From NCBI GenBank assembly GCA_963668645.2, contig CAXXWC010000001.1:480001-544000 (forward strand): a stretch of DNA of 64,000 nt, read 5' to 3'. The stretch comes from Desulfobacterales bacterium. Its GTDB lineage: Bacteria > Desulfobacterota > Desulfobacteria > Desulfobacterales > UBA2174. The notes beneath the pieces are model-generated. The model made no database searches. It saw only the letters and a program-made list of their open reading frames with translations, and had not been told where the DNA came from. Both the position numbers and the translations under genes were made by a program. Shown one piece after another: positions 19,188 through 28,780 of the stretch; the first letter of the stretch is position 1, and every line of letters starts with the position of its first letter.

Positions 19188-19924
19188 GATTCCAGCCCTG
19201 CTCCCATGCGCACGCTGCAGGGCCGGCGCACCCCATAGCGCTCGATGTCTTGCAAAAGTCCGAGAGGCGCGCCGTCGCCGACGATCCGACCGCGATCGAG
19301 GATCACCAAACGGTCGGCGTGGGCCACCACCTTTTCCAGGTCGTGGGTGGTGACGATGAGGGTCTTGCCGCCGGCGTGCAAGGCCACCATGCGCCGCAGG
19401 ACCGAACAGATCCCGGGATAATCGAGGTTGGAAAACGGCTCGTCAAAAACGATGACCGCCGGCTCCATGGCCAGTACGCCGGCCACGGCCAGGCGGCGCT
19501 TTTCGCCGCCGGAAAGCAGGTGCGGCGGCACGTCGCTGACGGCCGCCAGGTTCATGGAATCCAGGGCTTCTGCGACTCGCAGGTCGATCTCGTTGCGCCC
19601 CAGGCCCAGGTTTTGCGGCCCGAAGGCCACGTCGTCGGCCACGGTTTCCCCCACGATCTGGGTGTCGACATCCTGGAACACCATCCCCACCCGGCGCCGG
19701 GCCCGGGCCGGATCGCGGGCCACATCGATCCCGTCGATACGCACCGTCCCGGCCGAGGGGCGCAACAGCCCGTTGAGGTGCCGCAACAGGGTCGACTTGC
19801 CCGAACCGTTGGCTCCGGCGATCACCAGCCACGTGCCGGCCTCGACCTGCAGTTGGATCTTGTCCAATCCGAGGGAGCCGTCCGCGAACCGGTGGGTCAG
19901 ATTTACGATCTCGATCAGAGCCAT
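19175..19924 (-). CDS. ECF transporter ATPase (BioM/CbiO family); start MALIEIV
   Basis: GANGSGKST, LSGGEKRR, FDEP. Confidence 0.92.
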   Translation of the reverse strand: MALIEIVNLTHRFADGSLGLDKIQLQVEAGTWLVIAGANGSGKSTLLRHLNGLLRPSAGTVRIDGIDVARDPARARRRVGMVFQDVDTQIVGETVADDVAFGPQNLGLGRNEIDLRVAEALDSMNLAAVSDVPPHLLSGGEKRRLAVAGVLAMEPAVIVFDEPFSNLDYPGICSVLRRMVALHAGGKTLIVTTHDLEKVVAHADRLVILDRGRIVGDGAPLGLLQDIERYGVRRPCSVRMGAGLESWLS

Positions 19925-19970
19925 TGCAAAAACCAGGGCGAATGGATCAGCGTTGAAACCGGGATTGATT

Positions 19971-20543
19971 TTAGGGGTTGAGCGCACCGGACGCCCGTTG
20001 GCGCCGCAAGTCCTGTCCCTCAACGATGGGCCGCAAGGTGCGCGCGATGGGCATGGCCGCCGCGATCTTGACGGCATCCCCGGGCAGGAAGGGGAGCATT
20101 CCCACCATCACGGCCTTGGACCAGTCCATGGCGGTGACGGTCTTGAGCCAGGCTACCCCGAACAGATAGACAATCGACATGGCCAGCACAAGGACGCCGA
20201 TCTGGAATAGCGCGCGGTGCCGGAAGCGTTGGCAGACCCAACTGACCAGCAGCACGGCCGGCACATAACCGACCAGGTACCCTCCCGTGGGTCCCAGAAA
20301 CCGGCCGATTCCGCCGGTGGCGCCGGAAAATACCGGCAGCCCGAGGGCCCCGGCCAGCAGGTAAACACCGATGGCGCTCCCGGCCCAGCGCGGCGCCAGC
20401 AGCAATCCGGTCAGCAGCACGAAGAGGTTTTGCATCACGATGGGCACCGGGCCGATGGGAATTACCACATACGCCCCGGCGGCCATCAGCGCCGCCATCA
20501 GCGCCGCCACCACACTCATGCGCAGATTTTCCCTCGTATCCAT
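19971..20543 (-). CDS. bioY: Biotin transporter S component
   Basis: PVPIVMQ, GLPVFSG, GPTGGYLVG, PFLPGDAVK. Confidence 0.93.
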   Translation of the reverse strand: MDTRENLRMSVVAALMAALMAAGAYVVIPIGPVPIVMQNLFVLLTGLLLAPRWAGSAIGVYLLAGALGLPVFSGATGGIGRFLGPTGGYLVGYVPAVLLVSWVCQRFRHRALFQIGVLVLAMSIVYLFGVAWLKTVTAMDWSKAVMVGMLPFLPGDAVKIAAAMPIARTLRPIVEGQDLRRQRASGALNP

Positions 20544-20610
20544 AAGTTCCTCTTAAGAAACCATTTTTCTTTGGTTTTATAAAAAGGCGACTTTTGCCTT
20601 CTCGAAACAT

Positions 20611-21531
20611 TCAAGCCAGGAAACAATCCCCATAAATCACCCGGTGGCGAACGCCGTTGTCCAGATCGAGCAGCAGGGCTCCCGTGTCGTCCACATCCAC
20701 CGCGGTCCCTTCCAGGCTTTCGCGGGTCGTCACCACCCGTACGCGCCGATTGAGGGTCATGGCGCAGCCGCGCCACTCGGCCACCGCCCGGTCCAGAGGC
20801 CGGTTGCCGATCCGCGCTTCCAGTTCGCCGAGAAAGTCGGCCAGCAGGTCGCGCCGTGAAACCGGCCGCCCGAGGAGCTGATGCAAGGCCACCGCTCCGC
20901 TTTCCACCTCGGGGGGATCGTTGTTGGCGTTGATGCCGATGCCGATATTGACGAAGCTCACCTGGTCGCCTTCGGTCTCCATCTCGGCCAGCAGACCGCA
21001 GACCTTGCACCCTTCGATGAGCACATCGTTGGGCCATTTGACCCGGGCGTCCAGTGCGTAGCGCCGCTGCAGGACCCGGGCCAGAACCGCCGAGGCGGCG
21101 AAGTTGACCCGAAAACCGAGCTGGGGCGGCAACGGGGGGCGCAGCACAATGGTAAAATAGATCCCGCCGGTTTGCGCCACCCAATGGCGCTGGAGCCGGC
21201 CGCGGCCCCGGGTTTGGCGTTCGGCAACCACCACGGTAAACGGTTCGCAACCGTCGCGCGCCATCTGGCGGGCCGTATCCATGGTGGAGGAAAGCTCCTC
21301 GTAATGGTGAATGCGCGCCTCCCAGCCGGGAAACTCCCACGGCAGCAAGGCATCGGGCGCCTCCAGCAGCCGATATCCCTTGGGAGTGGATTCAATCCGG
21401 TAGCCGCACGACTGGAGCTTTTGCAGGTGTTTCCAGATCGATACCCGCGAAACGCCGAGCCGCGCACTGAGCGCCTCGCCGGAGATCACATCCGCCCGGC
21501 CCCGCAAGATTTCCAAAATCCGTCCTTTCAT
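20611..21531 (-). CDS. birA: Bifunctional biotin repressor / biotin-protein ligase
   Basis: N-terminal HTH SGEALSARLGVSRVSIWK, QTRGRGR, KWPND. Confidence 0.95.
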   Translation of the reverse strand: MKGRILEILRGRADVISGEALSARLGVSRVSIWKHLQKLQSCGYRIESTPKGYRLLEAPDALLPWEFPGWEARIHHYEELSSTMDTARQMARDGCEPFTVVVAERQTRGRGRLQRHWVAQTGGIYFTIVLRPPLPPQLGFRVNFAASAVLARVLQRRYALDARVKWPNDVLIEGCKVCGLLAEMETEGDQVSFVNIGIGINANNDPPEVESGAVALHQLLGRPVSRRDLLADFLGELEARIGNRPLDRAVAEWRGCAMTLNRRVRVVTTRESLEGTAVDVDDTGALLLDLDNGVRHRVIYGDCFLA

Positions 21532-21541
21532 GGCCCCTCTC

Positions 21542-21569
21542 GTTAACCATGTTTCCAGCGGTGGTTAAC
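21542..21569. promoter_or_regulatory. BirA operator
   Basis: Palindrome GTTAACC-N14-GGTTAAC just upstream of birA, overlapping the -10 of a minus-strand TTGACA (21585-21590) promoter. Confidence 0.75.
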
Positions 21570-21982
21570 CCATCCGAAAAAGCCTGTCAACGCTTTTCCC
21601 AGTCGACCACCGGTTATCCAAGATTTTGCAGGGTATTGTCTTCTCGTGACACCGGGAGTTGTGACCGCTGCCAGCCCCATGCAGTTGGCTTGCACGTTGA
21701 GCGACAGCTGTAAAAGACGGCAGATAGCAGCAAGCAACAGCCAATATCGCCAAACCCCACAGCTTGCCGGGTTGCCGGTCCCCATCCAAGCTCCGCCCTT
21801 GTTCCGCCCCCCTGCAAAAAACGAAAACCGGCAGATCTCGGATTCACCGAAAATTGCTGCATCTTCCTGTTGACTTTAGGACCTGCGATGGCCCAAAAAA
21901 GATGAACCGTTTTGGGTCGTACCCCACTGAACTCAAAGCACCTCCAACCGAATCAAGCGCCCATCGAAGGGAAGGAGTACCC

Positions 21983-23278
21983 ATGTCTCTTAACGAAACC
22001 GTAACCCGCGCCAAGGCGGCGTCCCTGGAGCTGGCCGTTGTTGCTGCCGCAGCGAAGAACACCGCCCTGCAACGCATGGCGGAAGCGTTGCGGCGCGCTG
22101 CAGGCCTCATCGAAGCCGCCAATCGCGCCGATCTTGAGGCCGCGGCCAAAGAGGGTCTGGCCGCGCCGCTGGTCAAACGCCTCGGCTTGGACCGCGCCAA
22201 GCTGGAGGAGGCCTGCCAAGGGCTCATGGCCCTTGCGGCCCTGCCCGATCCGGTAGGCCGCACCCTGCGGGCCGTGGAACTGGACCGGAGGCTGGAGCTG
22301 TACCAGGTGACCTGCCCTTTGGGTGTTGTCGGGGTCATCTTCGAATCCAGGCCCGACGCCCTGGTCCAGATCGCCGCCCTCTGCCTGAAAAGCGGCAACG
22401 CGGCCCTTCTCAAAGGCGGGAGCGAGGCGGCCAATACCAACCGGGTCCTGGCCGACACCATCATCGCCGCCACCCAAGAAGCCGGTCTGCCCTCCGGATG
22501 GATGGCCCTGCTGGAAAGCCGCCAGGATGTAGCCGATATTCTGCAATGCGACCGGCAAATCGACCTGATCATCCCCCGGGGCAGTAACGCCTTCGTGCGC
22601 CACATCATGGACAACACCCGCATTCCGGTCATGGGGCATGCCGACGGGATCTGCCATGTGTACATCGACCGGGCCGCCGACCCGACCATGGCCGTCCAGA
22701 TCACGGTAGACAGCAAGGTCCAGTACGTTGCGGTGTGCAACGCGGCCGAAACCTTCCTGGTGCACCAGAAGGTAGCCGACGCGGTGCTGCCCGCACTGGC
22801 CCAGGCCCTGGCTTGTCACGGGGTGGAGATCCGCGGCTGCCCGCAGACCGCCGCACGCATCGCCGCCGTACCGGCCAGCGACGCCGATTGGGGCACCGAA
22901 TACCTCGACCGCATCGTCTCGATCCGGGTGGTTCGGGACCTCGATGAGGCCGTGGCGCACATCAACCGCTACGGCTCGGGCCATACCGAGGTGATCGTCA
23001 CCCAGGATACGCACCGGGCGCGGCGCTTCATGGACCGAGTCGACGCGGCCGACGTGTTCGTCAACTGTTCGAGCCGCTTTGCGGACGGGTTCCGCTTCGG
23101 GCTGGGTGCCGAGGTAGGCATCAGCACCCAGAAGCTCCACGCCCGAGGACCGGTGGGCCTCGAAGGGATGGTAACCTATAAATGGCACCTGCTGGGGGAC
23201 GGCCACATCGTGGCCGACTACTGCGGTCCGGATGCACGGCCCTTCACCCACCGGCACCTGGACAAATCTTACGAGTAG
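21983..23278 (+). CDS. proA: Gamma-glutamyl phosphate reductase
   Basis: SD GGAG; PLGVVGVIFESRP, LKGGSEA, VCNAAET, GISTQKLHARGPVG. Confidence 0.96.
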   Translation: MSLNETVTRAKAASLELAVVAAAAKNTALQRMAEALRRAAGLIEAANRADLEAAAKEGLAAPLVKRLGLDRAKLEEACQGLMALAALPDPVGRTLRAVELDRRLELYQVTCPLGVVGVIFESRPDALVQIAALCLKSGNAALLKGGSEAANTNRVLADTIIAATQEAGLPSGWMALLESRQDVADILQCDRQIDLIIPRGSNAFVRHIMDNTRIPVMGHADGICHVYIDRAADPTMAVQITVDSKVQYVAVCNAAETFLVHQKVADAVLPALAQALACHGVEIRGCPQTAARIAAVPASDADWGTEYLDRIVSIRVVRDLDEAVAHINRYGSGHTEVIVTQDTHRARRFMDRVDAADVFVNCSSRFADGFRFGLGAEVGISTQKLHARGPVGLEGMVTYKWHLLGDGHIVADYCGPDARPFTHRHLDKSYE

Positions 23279-23285
23279 GAAGAGC

Positions 23286-24431
23286 ATGGACACCCATCAA
23301 CGCAAAGAGCTTTTTTCGGGCGTCAGACGCATGGTGCTCAAAGTGGGCAGCGGTGTCTTGACCCGCCGCAACGGGTTGAATCTGAATCTGATCGACGATC
23401 TGGCCGCCGATATATGGCAGCTGCGGCGCAGGGGAATCGAAGTGATCCTGGTCTCTTCAGGCGCCATCGCCGCCGGCATGCGCAAGATCGGCCTCAGCAA
23501 GCGCCCTGCGGCCGTCTCCCAGATGCAGGCCCTGGCCGCCATGGGCCAGAGCCGTCTCATCATGGCTTATGAGGAGGCCTTTGCCCGCTACGGCGAAAAG
23601 GTTGCCCAGGTCCTGCTGACCCGTGACGACCTGACCCACCGGCGCCGCTATCTCAACGCCCGCAACACCTTGCTGACCCTGCTGGGCTGGAAGGTGACGC
23701 CGATCATCAACGAGAACGACACGGTGAGCGCCGACGAGATCAAGTTTGGCGACAACGACAACCTGAGCGCCATGGTGGTCAGCCTCACCGGGGCCGAACT
23801 GCTCCTCAACCTGACCAACATCGACGGGCTTTACGACCAGGACCCGCGCGAGCACCCCGAGGCCCGGCGCATCGAAATCGTGGACCGGGTCGACCGGCGT
23901 ATCCAGCAATACGCCAGCACGATCCCCGGATTTCTCGGCACCGGCGGCATGGCCAGCAAGATCACCGCTGCGCGCAAGGCCGCTTTGGGGGGGGTGGCCA
24001 CCGTGATCGCCAACGGATTGGCGCCCGGGGTGATCCGCGAGATCTTCGCCGGAAAATCGGTGGGCACCCTCTTTTTGCCCGAAGCGACCCATCTGAGCCG
24101 CAAGAAGCAGTGGATCGCCTTTACCAAGACCACCAAAGGGACCTTGGTGGTCGATGCCGGGGCACAAAAGGCCCTCTGCCAAAACGGCAAGAGCCTGCTG
24201 CCCAGCGGTATCCGCCAGGTGGTGGGACGCTTTACGGTGGGCAACGCCGTGGCAGTGGAAAGCGAGGACGGCCGGCGCCTCGGCATCGGCTTGGTCAACT
24301 ACGGATCGGAAGCGCTTAAAAAAATCGCCGGCGCCAAAAGCGACCGCATCGAGGCCCTGCTCGGCTTCCGAAACGATGACGAGGCCATTCACCGGGACAA
24401 TTTCGTGCCTGCGGCCGAACTGGATCAGTAA
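23286..24431 (+). CDS. proB: Glutamate 5-kinase
   Basis: KVGSG, VSSGAI, NENDTV, FGDNDNL, GTGGM, PUA domain. Confidence 0.96.
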   Translation: MDTHQRKELFSGVRRMVLKVGSGVLTRRNGLNLNLIDDLAADIWQLRRRGIEVILVSSGAIAAGMRKIGLSKRPAAVSQMQALAAMGQSRLIMAYEEAFARYGEKVAQVLLTRDDLTHRRRYLNARNTLLTLLGWKVTPIINENDTVSADEIKFGDNDNLSAMVVSLTGAELLLNLTNIDGLYDQDPREHPEARRIEIVDRVDRRIQQYASTIPGFLGTGGMASKITAARKAALGGVATVIANGLAPGVIREIFAGKSVGTLFLPEATHLSRKKQWIAFTKTTKGTLVVDAGAQKALCQNGKSLLPSGIRQVVGRFTVGNAVAVESEDGRRLGIGLVNYGSEALKKIAGAKSDRIEALLGFRNDDEAIHRDNFVPAAELDQ

Positions 24432-24471
24432 AAAACAGGGGGCTGGAAAACGCCCCCTGTTCTCTGTTTTT
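24431..24471. terminator. Probable bidirectional terminator
   Basis: AACAGGGGGC...GCCCCCTGTT with A and T runs between convergent proB and sat/cysC. Confidence 0.65.
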
Positions 24472-24501
24472 AGGCAGACCTGCGATTTTCTGGCCAAGCC
24501 G

Positions 24502-26217
24502 TCAAACGTAGCCGCGCTGGCCCAGATATAGCAGTACCTCCTGGGCCGCTTCATCTGGAGTCAGGCCCTCGGTGTCGATGCGCAGCTCCGGGGCCTCGGG
24601 CGCTTCGTACGGGTCATCCACCCCGGTAAAGCCTTTGATCAACCCGGCCCGGGCCTTTGCGTACATCCCCTTGCGATCACGCTTCTCGCAGGTCTCAAGG
24701 CTCGTGCTGACATGCACCTCGATAAAGCCGCCGTAGCCTTCGATAAGGCGCCGGATCTCGCTTCTGGTCACCGCGTAGGGGGCGATGGGCGCGCAGATGG
24801 CGATCCCCCGGTTCTTGGTGATTTCGGAAGCCACAAACCCGATGCGCCTCACATTGATGTCCCGATGTTCCTTGGAAAAATTCAGCTCGCTGGAAAGATG
24901 GCGGCGCACGATATCCCCGTCGAGCAGGGTCACCGGCCGATCGCCGATCTCCAGAAAACGCGAATACAACACCTTGGCGATGGTTGATTTGCCCGCCCCG
25001 CTCAGCCCGGTCATGAACACGGTAAATCCCTGCTGGCGTGGCGGCGGCCAGGCCCGCTGCAGCTCGGCCACCACTTCGGGAAAAGAGACCCATTGGGGGA
25101 TATACCGGCCGCCTCGCAGCCGGGCGCGGATCTGCGAGCCGCTCAAGCGCAGGGTCTGGGTGCCCTGCGGGATCTGATCGGCGAAGCGATACTCGTCCTC
25201 GTAAGGCAGGTAACACATCTCGGGGAAGCTTAAGATCTCGATGCCGATCTCGGCGCCCATGGCCTCGGCCAGCTCCCGCGTCTGGCGGCAGCCGTAAAAG
25301 GGTTTCCCCTGGCGGTCGAGGCCCGGACTGCCGTGGTCGCGGCCGACGATAAAATGGGTGCAACCGAAGTTCCTGGCGATCACGGCATGCAGCAGGGCGT
25401 TGCGCGGTCCGGCGAGGCGGACGGCCAGGGGCAAAAGGTTGAGCAGAACCGACTCGGGCGGGTAGTGGTGCAGCACCTCCCGGTAGCAGCGCACACGGGT
25501 ATAGTGGTCGATATCCTCGGCCCGCGTCACCCCGACAAAGGGCAGCAGCAGCAGATTGGCCCGGGCCCGGCGCATGGCGGCCAGGGTCATTTCGAACTGG
25601 GGCCGGTGCACCGGATTGCGGGTTGCGAAAGCCACCACCCGCTGCCACCCCAGCCGCCGATACTGATCGTGCATCTCGGCCGGCGCCAGGCGAATCTGCT
25701 TGAAGTCGTAGTGAATCGGCAAACTGACCACTTCCAGCGGACCGCCCAGATAAAAGTGGCCCGCCCGCCGCAGCAGATAATCGACCCCCGGATGGGACCT
25801 GTCGAGGGTCCCGTATACGGACCGGGCTTCATCCTCTACCGCCGCCGGCCAGATATCGGCTAAATGCATTACCCCGAGCAGAAACCCCTCGGGATCGCGC
25901 AGCGCCACGCTTTGACCGGCTTCCAGGCCCCGGCCGCGGGTTTCGGACACGTCCAGGCAGATCGGAATCGGCCACAAGCTCCCGTCGGCAAGGCGCATGC
26001 GGTCACAAACCGCGGCATAATCGGTTTGCGTCATGAAGCCGGTCAAGGGTGAAAAAGCCCCGGTGGCCAGCAACTCGAAATCGCACATCTGGCGTTCGTT
26101 GAGCACGATATCGGGCAGATCCCGGGCGATGCGGCGCAAAAGTCCGGCCCGCCCGGCATCGACTCGCAAATCGACCAGAGTACCGCCGCGGAAAAGCGGC
26201 AGAGAATCGTCAGGCAT
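24502..26217 (-). CDS. cysC: Sulfate adenylyltransferase-like / adenylylsulfate kinase fusion
   Basis: GAFSPLTGFM, HFIVGRDH (Sat fold); TGLSGAGKST, LLDGDIVR, RDRKGMY, FTGVDDPYE (APS kinase). Confidence 0.9.
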   Translation of the reverse strand: MPDDSLPLFRGGTLVDLRVDAGRAGLLRRIARDLPDIVLNERQMCDFELLATGAFSPLTGFMTQTDYAAVCDRMRLADGSLWPIPICLDVSETRGRGLEAGQSVALRDPEGFLLGVMHLADIWPAAVEDEARSVYGTLDRSHPGVDYLLRRAGHFYLGGPLEVVSLPIHYDFKQIRLAPAEMHDQYRRLGWQRVVAFATRNPVHRPQFEMTLAAMRRARANLLLLPFVGVTRAEDIDHYTRVRCYREVLHHYPPESVLLNLLPLAVRLAGPRNALLHAVIARNFGCTHFIVGRDHGSPGLDRQGKPFYGCRQTRELAEAMGAEIGIEILSFPEMCYLPYEDEYRFADQIPQGTQTLRLSGSQIRARLRGGRYIPQWVSFPEVVAELQRAWPPPRQQGFTVFMTGLSGAGKSTIAKVLYSRFLEIGDRPVTLLDGDIVRRHLSSELNFSKEHRDINVRRIGFVASEITKNRGIAICAPIAPYAVTRSEIRRLIEGYGGFIEVHVSTSLETCEKRDRKGMYAKARAGLIKGFTGVDDPYEAPEAPELRIDTEGLTPDEAAQEVLLYLGQRGYV

Positions 26218-26302
26218 GCAAAGACCCTTTCGCAAAAAAGGAGAACGGGATTTCTCCCGCAAAACCGTGGAATAAAATAACAGGCGAGCGGCTTTGCCAA
26301 CC

Positions 26303-27163
26303 TTAGCTGCGCATCACCCCGCTCACTTTTGCCGGATCCACCTCCGGCCCCAGGGCGATGAAGCCCGGATTGACCAGGTCCTGGCGGTTGTAGTCCAGGG
26401 GCCGGTCCGTGCCCCAGATCAGGACCCGGCCGCCGATGGCTTCAACGAGGCACTGGCCGGCGGCCGTGTCCCATTCCATGGTGGGGGCCGGGCGCGGATA
26501 AAGCGCGGCCCGTCCCTCGGCCAGAAGGCAGAATTTCAGGGCGCTGCCGGCGGCGGTGAATTCGAGGTCTTGATAACAGCCGCGCAAGCGGGCCAAAAAT
26601 TCATCCAACGCCGGATTGGCGTGGCTTCGGCTGCCCACCACCTTAAAGACGCGCCTCGCATCCGGCGGATCCGGCAGGGGCTCGGCAACCGCACGCCAGC
26701 CGGCCGCCGCTTTTTCACGGTCCAGGGCGCTGGCCGCCCGGATGCGCCAGGCCCCCTGCCCATGGAGGGCCAGATAAAGCCGGTCGGCCACCGGCGCGTA
26801 AACAATGCCCAGGATTGGCCGGTGGTTTTCTACCAGGGCGATGTTGACGGTAAATTCACCGTTGCGCGACACGAACTCCTTGGTCCCGTCCAGCGGATCC
26901 ACGATCCACAGCCGGTGCCACCGACGACGCTGGTCGTAGGGTTGGTGGCGCCCTTCTTCGCTGAGCAGCGGCAAGCCGCTGGAGGCCAGGACCCTGACGA
27001 TGGTCTGGTGGGCCCGGGTATCGGCGGCGGTCAACGGGGAACGGTCGGCCTTGGCACGGACGGCGAAATCCGATGCATAGACCGCCAGAATCTCGCGCCC
27101 CGCAGCCAGGGCCGCTTCCAGAGCCATGGCCGCATAGGCCGGGATGCCGGGGTCAGTTTCCAT
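26303..27163 (-). CDS. cysQ: 3'(2'),5'-bisphosphate nucleotidase
   Basis: SPLTAAD, LSEEG, VDPLDGTKEF, SRSH, EWDTAAG. Confidence 0.93.
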   Translation of the reverse strand: METDPGIPAYAAMALEAALAAGREILAVYASDFAVRAKADRSPLTAADTRAHQTIVRVLASSGLPLLSEEGRHQPYDQRRRWHRLWIVDPLDGTKEFVSRNGEFTVNIALVENHRPILGIVYAPVADRLYLALHGQGAWRIRAASALDREKAAAGWRAVAEPLPDPPDARRVFKVVGSRSHANPALDEFLARLRGCYQDLEFTAAGSALKFCLLAEGRAALYPRPAPTMEWDTAAGQCLVEAIGGRVLIWGTDRPLDYNRQDLVNPGFIALGPEVDPAKVSGVMRS

Positions 27164-28178
27164 GGACCGGCTTTCCTTGCGCAGAGTCGGGTGGCGAGTA
27201 GCCGTGGGGGTGGGTCCGATGCCAGTGCCAGGCGGTTTCAACGATCGCTTCCAGATCCGGGTACCGGGGCCGCCAGCCGAGCTCATCGGCCGCCTTGCGG
27301 CTGCTGCCCACCAGCACGGCTGGATCCCCGGCGCGCCGCGGCGCCACCACCGCCGGGACTTTCTGCCCGGTGACCCGGCGGGCCGTCTCGATGACCTGGC
27401 GAACCGAATAGCCCGCGCCGTTGCCCAGGTTGTAGATCCCGCCGCCAGCCCCATCCAGAAGCCGCTCCAGGGCCAGGCAGTGGACCTGGGCCAGATCGGC
27501 GATGTGGATGTAGTCTCGGATGCAGGTACCGTCGGCCGTATCCAGGTCGTCGCCGAAGATCTCGATATGGCCGCGCTGGCCCAGCGCGGTCTGGAGCACC
27601 AAAGGGATGAGATGGGTCTCCGGGCGGTGGTCTTCACCGATCTGCCCCTCCGGATCGGCTCCGGCGGCGTTGAAGTAACGCAGCCTGACGGCGCGCAGGT
27701 CGTAGGCCGCGGCAAAGTCGTCCAGGATCTGCTCGACCATCAGCTTGCTGCGCCCGTAAGGATTGATCGGCCGCAGGGGGTGATCCTCGGCTATCGGTAT
27801 GGCTTCCGGTTCGCCGTAGACCGCGCAGGTGGAGGAAAAAATAAAGCGGTGCACCCCGGCGGCCCGCATCGCATCGAGCAGCGCCAGGGTGGCGGCCAGG
27901 TTGTTGCGGTAATACTTGGCCGGCGCCGTAACCGATTCGCCCACGTAACAGTTGGCGGCAAAGTGCATGACGGCTTCGATGCGATGGCGGCTGAAGATCC
28001 CGGCCAGCAGATCCGCGTCCGCCATCTCCCCTTGAATCAAGGGCCCGTAGCGCACCGCAGCACGATGGCCGGTGCTCAAATTGTCCAGCACCACCGGTCG
28101 ATGACCGGCCGCAGCCAGATGCTTGCAAAGAAAGCTGCCGATATAACCGGCCCCGCCCACCACCAGGATGTCCGCCAT
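27153..28178 (-). CDS. galE: UDP-glucose 4-epimerase
   Basis: GGAGYIGS, YGRSK, LRYFNAAGA, DGTCIRDYIH. Confidence 0.94.
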   Translation of the reverse strand: MADILVVGGAGYIGSFLCKHLAAAGHRPVVLDNLSTGHRAAVRYGPLIQGEMADADLLAGIFSRHRIEAVMHFAANCYVGESVTAPAKYYRNNLAATLALLDAMRAAGVHRFIFSSTCAVYGEPEAIPIAEDHPLRPINPYGRSKLMVEQILDDFAAAYDLRAVRLRYFNAAGADPEGQIGEDHRPETHLIPLVLQTALGQRGHIEIFGDDLDTADGTCIRDYIHIADLAQVHCLALERLLDGAGGGIYNLGNGAGYSVRQVIETARRVTGQKVPAVVAPRRAGDPAVLVGSSRKAADELGWRPRYPDLEAIVETAWHWHRTHPHGYSPPDSAQGKPVHGN

Positions 28179-28400
28179 ATCCGGGTCCTTTTCTACAGCC
28201 GCCGTCGAAACGTCATGGATAGCAAAACGTCTCTAGAAAAACGCCGTCAAGGCCTGTCTTGGCACCCTACGGTGAATAACCCCGGCTGTCAATTGACCCG
28301 GGACCGGACTCATGGGATAAAGTCTTGAACCCAGGCCCGGTTCTGCTATGTTAGCAAGGTTTAGCAAGGTTTGAACGCAGATCAAGGAGAAAGATGTGCC

Positions 28401-28703
28401 ATGAGCGATTCGTTATCCGGCAACCCCTTCGTATGGGTCACGCTGATCGATCCGGGTCCGAACGAGCAGTACCTGGGGCTCACCGACGAAGCCACCCGGT
28501 TGGATTTCATACCCATGTTCCGCGACAAGGAAGATGCCCTCAAATGTTACCACCTCATGGCCCGGGACCGGGATCACAAGTACGAAATTCAGGCGGTGCA
28601 CCTCTCGGAGCTGCGCAAGAGCGCGGCGGCCGGCGGATTCCTGCTCTTTTTGCTGGACGGCGATGGCCGGGTTCTTGAAAAAATCCCCCCCGCGGCCCAA
28701 TGA
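28401..28703 (+). CDS. Small hypothetical protein
   Basis: AAGGAG upstream; typical codon usage; 100 aa. Confidence 0.7.
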   Translation: MSDSLSGNPFVWVTLIDPGPNEQYLGLTDEATRLDFIPMFRDKEDALKCYHLMARDRDHKYEIQAVHLSELRKSAAAGGFLLFLLDGDGRVLEKIPPAAQ

Positions 28704-28780
28704 AACAGATGCCAAAACCTCTCGGCCGCAATCAGTCCCAGGGCTGATTCCGGCGACGATTTTTTTTCAGGAGCCGCGAC

